This document shows positions 18,592-27,536 of a DNA stretch of 32,000 nt, one piece after another. Where the stretch lies: contig NZ_AP024987.1 of NCBI RefSeq assembly GCF_020885515.1, forward strand, positions 510,001-542,000, read 5' to 3'. Source of the DNA: a cyanobacterium endosymbiont of Braarudosphaera bigelowii (GTDB lineage Bacteria; Cyanobacteriota; Cyanobacteriia; Cyanobacteriales; Microcystaceae). The translations under genes were made by a program, and so were the position numbers. The notes below the pieces were generated by a model. It had not been told where the DNA came from. It was given only the letters and a program-made list of their open reading frames with translations, and did not search any database. Positions within the stretch are counted from its first letter, which is position 1. Each line of letters starts with the position of its first letter.

Positions 18592-19722
18592 TCAGATTTT
18601 AATTAATTTGTTAAATAATGATTTTCCTGTTTTACTAAATACAACAATAGATCGATTACGTTTAAATAGAATAGATCCTACGGCAACGTTAAAACTAACA
18701 TACTTGTGAATATAAGATTGTGCCTTTTTATCAATTGTTTCAGCAATTGATTGATAAATTTTAGCACTCCATTGACTTTTTGTTTCCTCGTCTAAACTTC
18801 TTAAAAAAGCTAGAGCATCCTCTGCTGTTTGACACTTAAATAAAGTTTGTAAGTTTTTTGATGGTAATCCGACTTTAACTCCATGAGTTATTAATACTTC
18901 TAATCTTCCATCTGCTAGATGATGGTGAGTGTTAAAGATACCTCCTGCAAGCTTAATTAACTTTCCATGGTATCCAAACAATATAATAGAAGTAACTTTT
19001 TCGATTCCAGCCATTATTAACAATGGTCCTATCCAGTTAGCTGTCTTAATTAAATTATGAGAATTAATACCCATACTTTTAGCTAAAGATAAGCCATTTT
19101 CTCCTAAGCAAAATACTAAAGTATCAGTCTTTCGAGACTTTTTTTGTAATTCTTCTTGACAATTTTGCAATTGGCTAGCTGTGCTTAAAGGTCTAGATAT
19201 ACCAGAAGTTCCTAGTAGTGATAATCCTTTGATTATCCCAAATGCTTCATTTGAAGTCTGTCTTGAAAGTTTCTTTCCTTCTGGCAAAATAATTGTAACT
19301 ATAATTTTTTCTGTTGAAGTTAAATAAAATTGTAGATTGTATCTTAATAGTTTCTCAGCATAGGAATAAATAGCATCTTTAAAATTATTATGAACTTGTT
19401 TACCAACACCTTCTCCTCCCTGTATAGTAACTTGTTCTTGATTATCTTTATATTTCTTTAACTCTACTATTACCCAGATTGGAGTATTCCTAGTTAAATC
19501 AAGATTATCCCCTGGATTACTAATAGTAATTGCTAAAGATTGATTTTGTTGAATCTTAGCTATTTGATTAATAGAAATAGTTACTATTTCTGATGGCTCA
19601 ACCAAATCAAGGTAAACCTTTTCATTAATTTTTCTTTTTTGTAAACGAAATAAAGCTGCGATTGCTGATGCACAAGCGAATACAGGTAAGGTATAACCAT
19701 AGGAAGCTGTTGTATTATTCAT
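18592..19722 (-). CDS. cbiD: Cobalt-precorrin-5B (C1)-methyltransferase
   Basis: 376 aa with the N-terminal YGYTLPVFACASAIAAL, GLSLLGTSGISRPLS and HGKLIKLAGGIFNTHH, all characteristic of CbiD. Confidence 0.88.
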   Translation of the reverse strand: MNNTTASYGYTLPVFACASAIAALFRLQKRKINEKVYLDLVEPSEIVTISINQIAKIQQNQSLAITISNPGDNLDLTRNTPIWVIVELKKYKDNQEQVTIQGGEGVGKQVHNNFKDAIYSYAEKLLRYNLQFYLTSTEKIIVTIILPEGKKLSRQTSNEAFGIIKGLSLLGTSGISRPLSTASQLQNCQEELQKKSRKTDTLVFCLGENGLSLAKSMGINSHNLIKTANWIGPLLIMAGIEKVTSIILFGYHGKLIKLAGGIFNTHHHLADGRLEVLITHGVKVGLPSKNLQTLFKCQTAEDALAFLRSLDEETKSQWSAKIYQSIAETIDKKAQSYIHKYVSFNVAVGSILFKRNRSIVVFSKTGKSLFNKLIKI

Positions 19723-20558
19723 AATATTTCCTTAGTACTTAGATTAAAAGAACAGTGAGGGCAAGAAATACTTTTTGTAGAATAATTAGATAAACTATAT
19801 GCATCAGCAATAGGATAACCACATCCTGTACACATTTTATAGTTTCCTTTCTCTAGCTTATGCTTAACAGCAACTCTTTCATCAAACACAAAACACTCTC
19901 CTTCCCATAAACTTTGAGATTCAGAAATATTTTTTAAATAGTTTAAAATTCCCCCTTTAAGGTGAAAAACTTCTTTAAATCCTTTTTTCAATAGATATGA
20001 TGAAGCTTTCTCACATCTTATTCCTCCAGTACAAAACATAGCAACTTTTTTGTGTTTCTCGGGATTTAAATTGTTTTTAATATAACTGGGAAATTCTCTA
20101 AAGAAATGAGTTTGAGGGTTGATTGCACCCTTGAATGTCCCAATTGCTATCTCGTAAATATTTCTTGTATCAATTACAGGAATTTCTTCATTTTCAAGTA
20201 TATTATTCCACTCTTCAGGATCAACATAGGTTCCTACTTGTTGCTCAGGATAAATTTCAGAAATTCCTAGAGTTACTATCTCCCGCTTTAATCGAACTTT
20301 AATACGTTTAAAAGGAAGATAGGAAGACATAGAGTATTTAACTTCTAAGTCTATAAAACGGACATCCTTTTTTAAGTAATCAACAATTTTATGAACATTT
20401 TCAGAAGTTCCTGCAATGGTACCATTTATTCCTTCCTGGGAGAGTAGTATAGTTCCTTTAATACTGTGATCTTGACAATACTTGAATAGTGATGACTTTT
20501 TTTCAGCATATTCAGAAAAAAAAATAAATTTATAGAAAGTGGCAACAATATAAGACAT
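19719..20558 (-). CDS. trhO: Rhodanese-domain tRNA uridine(34) hydroxylase (TrhO/YceA, UPF0176)
   Basis: 279 aa with VATFYKF, SQEGINGTIAG, the rhodanese active-site loop CTGGIRCEKAS and a C-terminal Cys cluster. Its stop overlaps the cbiD start (ATGA). Confidence 0.85.
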   Translation of the reverse strand: MSYIVATFYKFIFFSEYAEKKSSLFKYCQDHSIKGTILLSQEGINGTIAGTSENVHKIVDYLKKDVRFIDLEVKYSMSSYLPFKRIKVRLKREIVTLGISEIYPEQQVGTYVDPEEWNNILENEEIPVIDTRNIYEIAIGTFKGAINPQTHFFREFPSYIKNNLNPEKHKKVAMFCTGGIRCEKASSYLLKKGFKEVFHLKGGILNYLKNISESQSLWEGECFVFDERVAVKHKLEKGNYKMCTGCGYPIADAYSLSNYSTKSISCPHCSFNLSTKEIL

Positions 20559-20812
20559 AAAAAATAATTTTATAAATCACTATGACAGAATAATAACAAA
20601 AAAACTTTTAAAAATTTAATATATGAGTTTTCAAGAGGTATAAGTATTCGCTTTAATTTGAAGTGAGGCTAACTATATACCTAAAATAAACTAATTACAT
20701 GAGATGTTAAAATTAAAAAAAATTAAAAAACTTGCATATTTATACTATTGTTATGTATACTAGTAAAGGTTAAGAAAAAAGCCATAATTTGGTTTGATTC
20801 TTAAGTAATCTT

Positions 20813-20885
20813 GGGGGTTTAGCTCAGTTGGTAGAGCGCCTGCTTTGCAAGCAGGATGTCAGCGGTTCAAATCCGCTAATCTCCA
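20813..20885 (+). tRNA. tRNA-Ala (anticodon UGC)
   Basis: GGGGGTTTAGCTCAGTTGGTAGAGCGCCTGCTTTGCAAGCAGGATGTCAGCGGTTCAAATCCGCTAATCTCCA folds as a cloverleaf with anticodon loop CTTTGCAA, the G3:U70 Ala identity pair and GGTTCAAATCC in the T-arm. CCA is not encoded. A possible promoter lies at TTGCAT (20732-20737) and TATACT (20756-20761). Confidence 0.95.
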
Positions 20886-21107
20886 TAAGCGTCCTAATTG
20901 TTGTTTGTATTTAAAATGAGAACCTCAACTAATTATATCGATTGAAATCATTAAAATTTTATTCACAATTAGTGGCTACTTATTCAATAGCATAACTTTA
21001 TAAAATTTTTTAGTAATTTTATATGATAAACTCTATTCCTTAAACCTATACATCTAAGTCCGTTACAATCTAAAATGAGATGAATTTTACTATTTTAAAT
21101 AATACTT

Positions 21108-22778
21108 GTGAATGCCTCACTAAACTTAGTTTTTGAATTTGATTCTATAGAAGCTGCTTTAGCTGATATTAAAGTTGGTCGCACCGTCATCGTTGTAGAT
21201 GATGAAAACCGAGAAAATGAAGGTGATCTTATCTGTGCTGCTCAGTTTGCCACTCCTAGCATTATAAATTTTATGGCGACAGAAGCAAGGGGATTAGTCT
21301 GTCTAGCTATGAATGGAAAGCAATTGGATGATCTAGATCTTCCTCTAATGGTTACTAAAAATACTGATAGCAACCAAACTGCTTTTACTGTAAGTATTGA
21401 TGCATCACCTAATTTTGGTGTCACTACTGGTATATCTGCAGAAGATAGAGCAAAGACTATCCAAGTTGCTATTGATCCTAGTACACAACCTGAAGACTTA
21501 ACCCGTCCCGGTCATATATTTCCGATTCGTGCAAAAGTTGGAGGAGTGCTTAAACGTGCTGGTCATACCGAAGCAGCCGTAGATTTATCTAGGTTAGCAG
21601 GTTTATATCCTGCTGGTGTAATTTGTGAGATACAAAACCTAGATGGTTCAATGGCTCGTCTTCCAGAACTTATTGACTATGCTAAAAAACATGATTTAAA
21701 GCTTATTAGTATCGCAGATCTAATTAGTTATCGTCTTCAACATGATCGCTTTGTTTATAGAGAAACGGTTTGCCAATTTCCAAGTAAATTTGGAAGGTTT
21801 CAACTATATGCCTATAGAAATGTATTAGATAATACAGAACATGTTGCAATCGTCAAAGGGGATCCCAATAAGTTCAAAGAACATCCAGTAATGGTAAGAA
21901 TGCATTCAGAGTGTTTAACAGGTGATGCTTTAGGATCATTACGTTGTGATTGTAGAATGCAATTACAAACTGCATTAAAAAAAATAGAAGAAGCAAAAGT
22001 AGGGGTTGTTGTTTACCTCAGGCAAGAAGGTAGAGGTATTGGATTAATTAATAAGTTAAAAGCTTATTCACTACAAGATATAGGCCTTGATACTGTGGAG
22101 GCAAATGAAAGATTAGGATTCCCTGCAGATTTAAGAGATTATGGAATGGGAGCTCAGATGCTGAATGATCTGGGAGTAGAAAAGATTCGTCTTATTACTA
22201 ACAATCCAAGAAAAATTGCAGGACTAAAAGGATATGGATTAGAAATAATTGAACGTCTTCCATTGTTGATAGAGTCTAACGATTACAATTCTAATTATTT
22301 GACAACAAAAGCAGAAAAATTGGGACATTTACTTTTACAAACTTATTTGGTAACTGTTGCGATTGACTGGAAAACAGACATCAGTTCAGTTACAGAAAAC
22401 TATCGATACTTAGAACAAATAAGAAATGTAACTCGTTCTCTAGAACTTTTCCTGCAAGAAGAAGTTAGACCATTAGCAAGTGCTTTATTTGAACAACCTT
22501 CAACAATATTTCACCTAGGATTTAAACAGGTTCAGACAATCGACAAAAGTTGGTATTGTGATGTTAATAATAGAAATGTAAAAGCTATTATAGAAATCCT
22601 TGACAATTTATCGGGCTGGACAAGTATCAAACGACTAGAATTTTTGATTTCTTCCGAAGATGATCCAATGTCAGGTTTACAAGTGGGTATTAAGCGTCGC
22701 GTATTCTCTTTAAATAGAAAACTTTCTCAAAGTACGTTTCCTTGGGAGAAGCAAACTATTTACAGTTTTACTTTATAA
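21108..22778 (+). CDS. ribBA: Bifunctional 3,4-dihydroxy-2-butanone-4-phosphate synthase / GTP cyclohydrolase II, with a C-terminal extension of about 145 aa of unknown function
   Basis: GTG start. The RibB part has DDENRENEGDL and GHTEAAVDL. The RibA part has HSECLTGDALGSLRCDCR and YLRQEGRGIGL and ends at NYLTTKAEKLGHLL (about residue 410). Residues 411-556 have no recognisable motif. Confidence 0.9.
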   Translation: MNASLNLVFEFDSIEAALADIKVGRTVIVVDDENRENEGDLICAAQFATPSIINFMATEARGLVCLAMNGKQLDDLDLPLMVTKNTDSNQTAFTVSIDASPNFGVTTGISAEDRAKTIQVAIDPSTQPEDLTRPGHIFPIRAKVGGVLKRAGHTEAAVDLSRLAGLYPAGVICEIQNLDGSMARLPELIDYAKKHDLKLISIADLISYRLQHDRFVYRETVCQFPSKFGRFQLYAYRNVLDNTEHVAIVKGDPNKFKEHPVMVRMHSECLTGDALGSLRCDCRMQLQTALKKIEEAKVGVVVYLRQEGRGIGLINKLKAYSLQDIGLDTVEANERLGFPADLRDYGMGAQMLNDLGVEKIRLITNNPRKIAGLKGYGLEIIERLPLLIESNDYNSNYLTTKAEKLGHLLLQTYLVTVAIDWKTDISSVTENYRYLEQIRNVTRSLELFLQEEVRPLASALFEQPSTIFHLGFKQVQTIDKSWYCDVNNRNVKAIIEILDNLSGWTSIKRLEFLISSEDDPMSGLQVGIKRRVFSLNRKLSQSTFPWEKQTIYSFTL

Positions 22779-22841
22779 AATTTATATCGATAAATGGTAA
22801 ATACTATATACATGTAAGATCACTATAGATAGTATAAAAAA

Positions 22842-23951
22842 ATGTTTTATAGTCGTCGTAGTTTTTTAATAATTATAGGCAGTATATTTGGAAGCAAAGC
22901 TTTTTCTCTAATACGAAGTTCTCTAAATTTTAGTAAAAATGTCGGTGTCCCCAAGCAAAACTTAAATTTTTCAAACAAAGTATTAGCTATACCATCTAGT
23001 ACTACTTCCTCTACTAATCTGTCAAATTCTATAAAAAAAAAAGTAAGGGTAATTGTTATTAGCGACCTTAACGATAACTATGGAGCGACTACTTATAGTC
23101 CAGAAGTGATTAAGAGTATATCTTTAATTAAGCAATCGAAACCTGACCTAGTTTTATGTGCAGGAGATATGATTGCTGGTCAAAAATATTCTTTAACTAA
23201 AAAGCAAATACAAGCAATGTGGATAGCTTTTGATATTCATATCACTTCACATCTAAAACAACTAAAGATACCTTTTGGATTCTCTCTTGGCAATCATGAT
23301 GCCTCAGGAGCAATATATAAAAATCAATTAACTTTTTATAAAGAAAGAATTTTAGCTTCTCAATTTTGGAATAATTATCAACATATTCCTGAATTAGATT
23401 TTATTGATAAAGGTAAATTTCCTTTCTACTATACTTTTAAACAAAATAGTATATTTTATTTAGTTTTAGATGCCTCTACCCATATTATCTCTAAGGAACA
23501 ATTAATTTGGATCACAAATAGTTTAGAAAGCTTTGACTCTAAGCAAGCAAGTCTTCGTTTTGTTATTGGTCATCTTCCCTTATATCCTATTGCAGTAGGA
23601 AGAAATAATAATGGTAACTTCATTAAAAATGGGGAAAAATTACAAATTTTATTAGAGAAGCATGATGTTCATACTTATATTAGCGGTCATCAGCATTCCT
23701 ACTATCCCGGTAAAAAAGGTAACTTAGAGTTGCTATATAGTGGAGCATTAGGAGGAGGTCCTCGTAGATTATTAAATAGTAAATCACCTCCTATAAAAAC
23801 ATTGACAATAATTGATATTTCTCTACCATTGAAACAAACAAAATATACTACTTATAGTATGAGTAATTTGCAAATTTTAGATATTAAAACATTACCAAAA
23901 TCAATTGGTAATATCCATAGAAAAGATATATCTTCCCTAAAAAATATTTAA
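22842..23951 (+). CDS. Metallophosphoesterase with an N-terminal twin-arginine (Tat) signal
   Basis: 369 aa. SRRSFL lies at residues 4-9 (22851-22868), followed by a hydrophobic stretch. Calcineurin-like motifs follow: ISDLNDNYG, CAGDMI, GNHD, IGHLP and SGHQHSYY. Confidence 0.8.
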   Translation: MFYSRRSFLIIIGSIFGSKAFSLIRSSLNFSKNVGVPKQNLNFSNKVLAIPSSTTSSTNLSNSIKKKVRVIVISDLNDNYGATTYSPEVIKSISLIKQSKPDLVLCAGDMIAGQKYSLTKKQIQAMWIAFDIHITSHLKQLKIPFGFSLGNHDASGAIYKNQLTFYKERILASQFWNNYQHIPELDFIDKGKFPFYYTFKQNSIFYLVLDASTHIISKEQLIWITNSLESFDSKQASLRFVIGHLPLYPIAVGRNNNGNFIKNGEKLQILLEKHDVHTYISGHQHSYYPGKKGNLELLYSGALGGGPRRLLNSKSPPIKTLTIIDISLPLKQTKYTTYSMSNLQILDIKTLPKSIGNIHRKDISSLKNI

Positions 23952-24012
23952 CAATATATAGATCAAGAGAATATTATGATTGAAACAAATATAACTTATT
24001 TTATTAACATTT

Positions 24013-24963
24013 TTGAGGAAGATTATGACGGACCAGTTATTAATAACTAAAAAAATTTCCTTAACTATAATATCTATACTAGTGCTAAGTTTTTCTGAAG
24101 ATTGTGCCCGAGCTAGTGATCCTTTTCGTAAAGTTAACCCAAGACCTATTGGAAAGAATACCGTCACAGCTCTTACTGAAATATTTAAAGAAGGTAATTA
24201 CCTAGAAGGCAAATATTATTTAAAAAAAGCCATAGAAGCTGAAAGTAACGAACCCTTATCTCATGCATTGTCAGCATCATTAGCTTTTGCAGATCAGGAT
24301 TGGGAAACTATGATAAAGTCTGCAAGTAAGACTTTAGCTGTGGCTAAAAAACTAGAATCTAGTGATTTGTTACGAAGTAATTTATATCAAGCGGTAGGTC
24401 ATTTCCTTGAAGGAGCATATGTATCTGCAATGCATGGTCCTATAGGAGCAGCTGATAAGTTGCAGTTAGTTCTTAAGTATCTTGATAAAGTTGCAGACAT
24501 TGATCCAGAAGATCCAGAATTTAACTTGTTAAAAGGGTATCTTGATCTATTATTAGCAGTTAATTTACCATTCTCCACACCAGAAGATACTATTACAAAT
24601 TTTGAGAAGTATGCAGCTCCAAAATATCTGGTTAATCGTGCTTTATTCGCTGCTTACCGAGATTTAAAAAAATATACTATGGCTATGGATTATATTAACA
24701 TTGCTCTTCATAATAGTCCTAATAACCCTGAACTACAGTACTTTAAAGGACAATTACTTCGTAAACAGGGTAAAGCTCAAATAAATGACAGAATAAGTTT
24801 TAATTTGCTTAATGAAGCGTATAAGCATTTTGATAAAGCCATGACTAAATTTAGCGAGTTGCCAAAAGGTATTCAAATTCCTTTGCGATATGATCATCAA
24901 ACTGTACAAAATGAAATAAAGAATTTTAACTTAGAAGTTTCTACAACTTTCAAAGTTAAATAA
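24013..24963 (+). CDS. Hypothetical exported helical-repeat (TPR-like) protein; likely start is the ATG at 24025, preceded by GAGGAAG
   Basis: Signal peptide with an A-x-A site (CARA/SD). The rest is helical-repeat-like (YYLKKAIEAESNEP..., AMDYINIALHNSPNNPELQYFKGQLLRKQGK). No specific family recognised. Confidence 0.6.
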   Translation: MRKIMTDQLLITKKISLTIISILVLSFSEDCARASDPFRKVNPRPIGKNTVTALTEIFKEGNYLEGKYYLKKAIEAESNEPLSHALSASLAFADQDWETMIKSASKTLAVAKKLESSDLLRSNLYQAVGHFLEGAYVSAMHGPIGAADKLQLVLKYLDKVADIDPEDPEFNLLKGYLDLLLAVNLPFSTPEDTITNFEKYAAPKYLVNRALFAAYRDLKKYTMAMDYINIALHNSPNNPELQYFKGQLLRKQGKAQINDRISFNLLNEAYKHFDKAMTKFSELPKGIQIPLRYDHQTVQNEIKNFNLEVSTTFKVK

Positions 24964-24997
24964 GTATTTTATTACCCTAAGGTACATAAAATACTTA
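24961..24997 (+). terminator. Hairpin terminator candidate overlapping the stop codon of the TPR-like gene
   Basis: TAAGTATTTTAT (24961-24972) pairs perfectly with ATAAAATACTTA (24986-24997). An inner TACC/GGTA pairing adds to the stem, and ATTT follows. Confidence 0.5.
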
Positions 24998-25125
24998 TTT
25001 AACTATATCCAAAGATATCAGTGAATATTTAAGACTTTTATAGCTTGTTGATTCTCAACAAAAATTCTTATCTTTAGTTATGCTAATAGTGAAAGTTATT
25101 TTTTAAAGACAAAAATTGTAATATT

Positions 25126-25629
25126 ATGACTATTTTCGAAGGTACTTTTGCAGAAGATTTATCTAATATCCGTTTTGCCATCGTTATAGGTCGTTTCAAT
25201 GACTTAGTAACCAATAAACTTTTATCAGGATGCCAAGATTGCCTGAAGCGTCATGGAATTGATATAGATCCCCAAGGTAATCAAGTTGATTATGCTTGGG
25301 TTCCTGGTAGTTTTGAGGTTCCATTAGTTGCACATCAATTAGCTTTATCAAATAAGTATAATGCTATTATTTGCTTAGGAGCGATTATTCGTGGTCAAAC
25401 GCCACATTTTGATTATGTATCAGCAGAAACAGCTAAAGGAGTAGCTGCAGTAGGATTTCAGACTGGTATACCTATAACTTTTGGTATTTTAACTACTGAT
25501 ACTATGCAGCAAGCTCTAGAAAGAGCAGGTATCAAGAGTAATCAAGGATGGAATTACGCTTTAAATTCTTTGGAAATGGTAAGTTTAATGAAGAAAATAA
25601 AATCTTCTAACCCTACCAGTAATTTTTAA
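25126..25629 (+). CDS. ribH: 6,7-dimethyl-8-ribityllumazine synthase
   Basis: 167 aa with [42 protein letters not shown] and FGILTTDT. Confidence 0.95.
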   Translation: MTIFEGTFAEDLSNIRFAIVIGRFNDLVTNKLLSGCQDCLKRHGIDIDPQGNQVDYAWVPGSFEVPLVAHQLALSNKYNAIICLGAIIRGQTPHFDYVSAETAKGVAAVGFQTGIPITFGILTTDTMQQALERAGIKSNQGWNYALNSLEMVSLMKKIKSSNPTSNF

Positions 25630-25759
25630 AAATTTGCAGTAAATATCAACATATTATTTTTCTAAAACAAGTAATAATCTATATTAGAAAACAATATGTT
25701 TCAGTATCGAATTTATTTAATAATAAGTTTGATTATTAATAGTTCATTTTATTATTAAA

Positions 25760-26557
25760 TCATTTACTCAAAAAGTTCATAAAGCGTTGTATCTCAGTCA
25801 AAAAACCTGTCCTTGAAAGTTGACTAACATTATGATTGCTAGCTGTAACTTCGTTGACAATTAACGATTCCAAATCTTCTTGGCTGGGCTTATGATTCTT
25901 TTTATTTATTAGTTGGTAACTTTCTTCCTTTCTAGAGTAAGTATACCAAGGGGAACAGTATGAGTGTACTATTAAAAATTCATCTAATGGATGGAAATAA
26001 TAGACAGATTCTAAAGTATTAAGAAATCGTTTTTGTATTTCACGTGCAACATATCCAATACCTACAATAGACATATCTTCAAACTGAGGAATCAAGAAAA
26101 TAATAGGACGGTTATTGGCCAAGCTACATAGTTTCTCTATAGCTCCTATCTCAGTAAAAGAAGGAGCTACTAATAGTAGAATTTGATCTGTTTCTAATAA
26201 TTTATTTTCTATAGTAATTCCTCGATTTCCTAGATCACTTATCTCAAAAATAGTCTTTCCCCAGTCACGACGAGCCAATGCGGCAGATCCTGTATCAGGG
26301 AAAAATACTTTTAGTCCTGATTCTTTATTTTCAAATATGGATATAAACTCTAAAGTTAAATCTTGTGATTGAAGAGCAATTTCTGGAATAATTATTTCTA
26401 TACATATACGTTTAACACCTGCTTCTAGAGCAATTTTTGTGGCTTCTTTTGCCTGAGATACAGCTTGTTCTAAACTCACAGGAATTTCAATCATATTGCT
26501 ACCAGCTACTACTATCTTAACTGTCGGCATTCTACAAGAAGAATGGCCAATAAACAA
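25760..26557 (-). CDS. Conserved cyanobacterial/plastid-lineage hypothetical protein (DUF1995-like, recognised from memory); likely start is the ATG at 26494 or 26530
   Basis: IPVSLEQAVSQAKEATKIALEAGVKRICIEIIIPEI ... LKVFFPDTGSAALARRDWG matches my recollection of DUF1995. The track ORF begins at a TTG. Confidence 0.6.
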   Translation of the reverse strand: MFIGHSSCRMPTVKIVVAGSNMIEIPVSLEQAVSQAKEATKIALEAGVKRICIEIIIPEIALQSQDLTLEFISIFENKESGLKVFFPDTGSAALARRDWGKTIFEISDLGNRGITIENKLLETDQILLLVAPSFTEIGAIEKLCSLANNRPIIFLIPQFEDMSIVGIGYVAREIQKRFLNTLESVYYFHPLDEFLIVHSYCSPWYTYSRKEESYQLINKKNHKPSQEDLESLIVNEVTASNHNVSQLSRTGFLTEIQRFMNFLSK

Positions 26558-26617
26558 TAAAAATATGGTAATTGTTTTAGTTTAATTTTTTATAAAAACA
26601 TTGAATATTCTTTAAAC

Positions 26618-26657
26618 CATTATGTTTCTTCGTAAACATTTACAAAGAAACATAATG
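26618..26657 (-). terminator. 13-bp perfect inverted repeat downstream of the 26719-27360 gene (candidate terminator)
   Basis: CATTATGTTTCTT (26618-26630) pairs with AAGAAACATAATG (26645-26657). An inner GTAAA/TTTAC pairing is also present. There is no clean U-tract on the minus strand. Confidence 0.4.
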
Positions 26658-26718
26658 ATTCATAATTTCATAGTGATTTTTAATAATAGTGAAGATTAAA
26701 AATATAGAAAACAATTAG

Positions 26719-27360
26719 TCATAAAAGTTCAATACAAGAAAAAGAAAAATTCTTAATCAAAGAATTTTCTTTTTCTTGACCCTTAATAATACGATTACTT
26801 AAGATATAGTAATTTCCAACTTTATGATAACTATCCTCAAAATCTCTTTTCTCTGTTTTTACTTGTCCCGTTTTAGGGTCATGATAAATAGAATCATAGC
26901 AATGTGATAAATACCCTTCTCCAGTATCATGACTACTAAAGGTATTAATCGTAACGACGATACCATGAATATGACGGTGAACATGACAGATCTCATTATT
27001 GTACACTTTATAACTATCTCCTTCTGATTTACCACCCATGAGAATTTCTACAAAGCCTTTTTTATCTACACTACCATAGCGAAAAAAATTTTGACTATGG
27101 GTATCTTCAAACGAGCGACGTACTCGATGAATAGTAATTTCCCATAACTGAGATTTAATTTGAGCTAAAGCTTCTTTATCTTGAATATTAAATACTTCTG
27201 AGGAAAGATCTTTGTTAATCTTAATTTGACCAGAAAATACTTGATCATTTTCTTGAAAAGTTATATTTGCAGTGTATCCTGGAAAGTTAATATCCCAAGT
27301 ATAACGATTTTCATATGCGGCACGAAATAAATCTCTAGCATCAATAGTTTTTTCACTCAT
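26719..27360 (-). CDS. Conserved cyanobacterial hypothetical protein (DUF3386-like, recognised from memory)
   Basis: 213 aa. The N-terminal ARDLFRAAYENRYTWDINFPGY resembles the DUF3386 family signature as I recall it. No catalytic motif recognised. Confidence 0.6.
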   Translation of the reverse strand: MSEKTIDARDLFRAAYENRYTWDINFPGYTANITFQENDQVFSGQIKINKDLSSEVFNIQDKEALAQIKSQLWEITIHRVRRSFEDTHSQNFFRYGSVDKKGFVEILMGGKSEGDSYKVYNNEICHVHRHIHGIVVTINTFSSHDTGEGYLSHCYDSIYHDPKTGQVKTEKRDFEDSYHKVGNYYILSNRIIKGQEKENSLIKNFSFSCIELL

Positions 27361-27536
27361 GAAGTTTGTTGTTACCTTTATATTAAAAATTGGAAGAGTT
27401 TAGCACCCTCTACTTTAGCAGGATGAAGTCTAAAAAATAGAAAAACTAAATTTGAAATTTTTATTTAATTGTTAATAGTGTTTGCATATGTAAAATTATT
27501 AAATTTCTATCGGAACGTGATTAAATTACTAAAATT

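Noticed and set aside
20886-21107. Possible FMN riboswitch upstream of ribBA, and a cobalamin riboswitch upstream of trhO-cbiD (20559-20812)
   Set aside because: Neither leader has the conserved GC-rich cores of these riboswitches, and no B12-box-like GCCACTG is present. Both leaders are almost pure A/T. Only a TACAAT -10-like hexamer (21064-21069) is visible.
22842-23951. The metallophosphoesterase between ribBA and ribH as the missing riboflavin-pathway phosphatase (ARPP dephosphorylation)
   Set aside because: The twin-arginine signal predicts export from the cytoplasm, which is incompatible with a cytosolic biosynthetic step. The known enzymes for that step are HAD-family, not calcineurin-like.
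26644-26656. 13-nt identity AAAGAAACATAAT shared between 26644-26656 and 29853-29865, as a possible dispersed repeat
   Set aside because: It is short and A-rich and occurs only twice. The flanks do not match, so it is compatible with chance in this composition.
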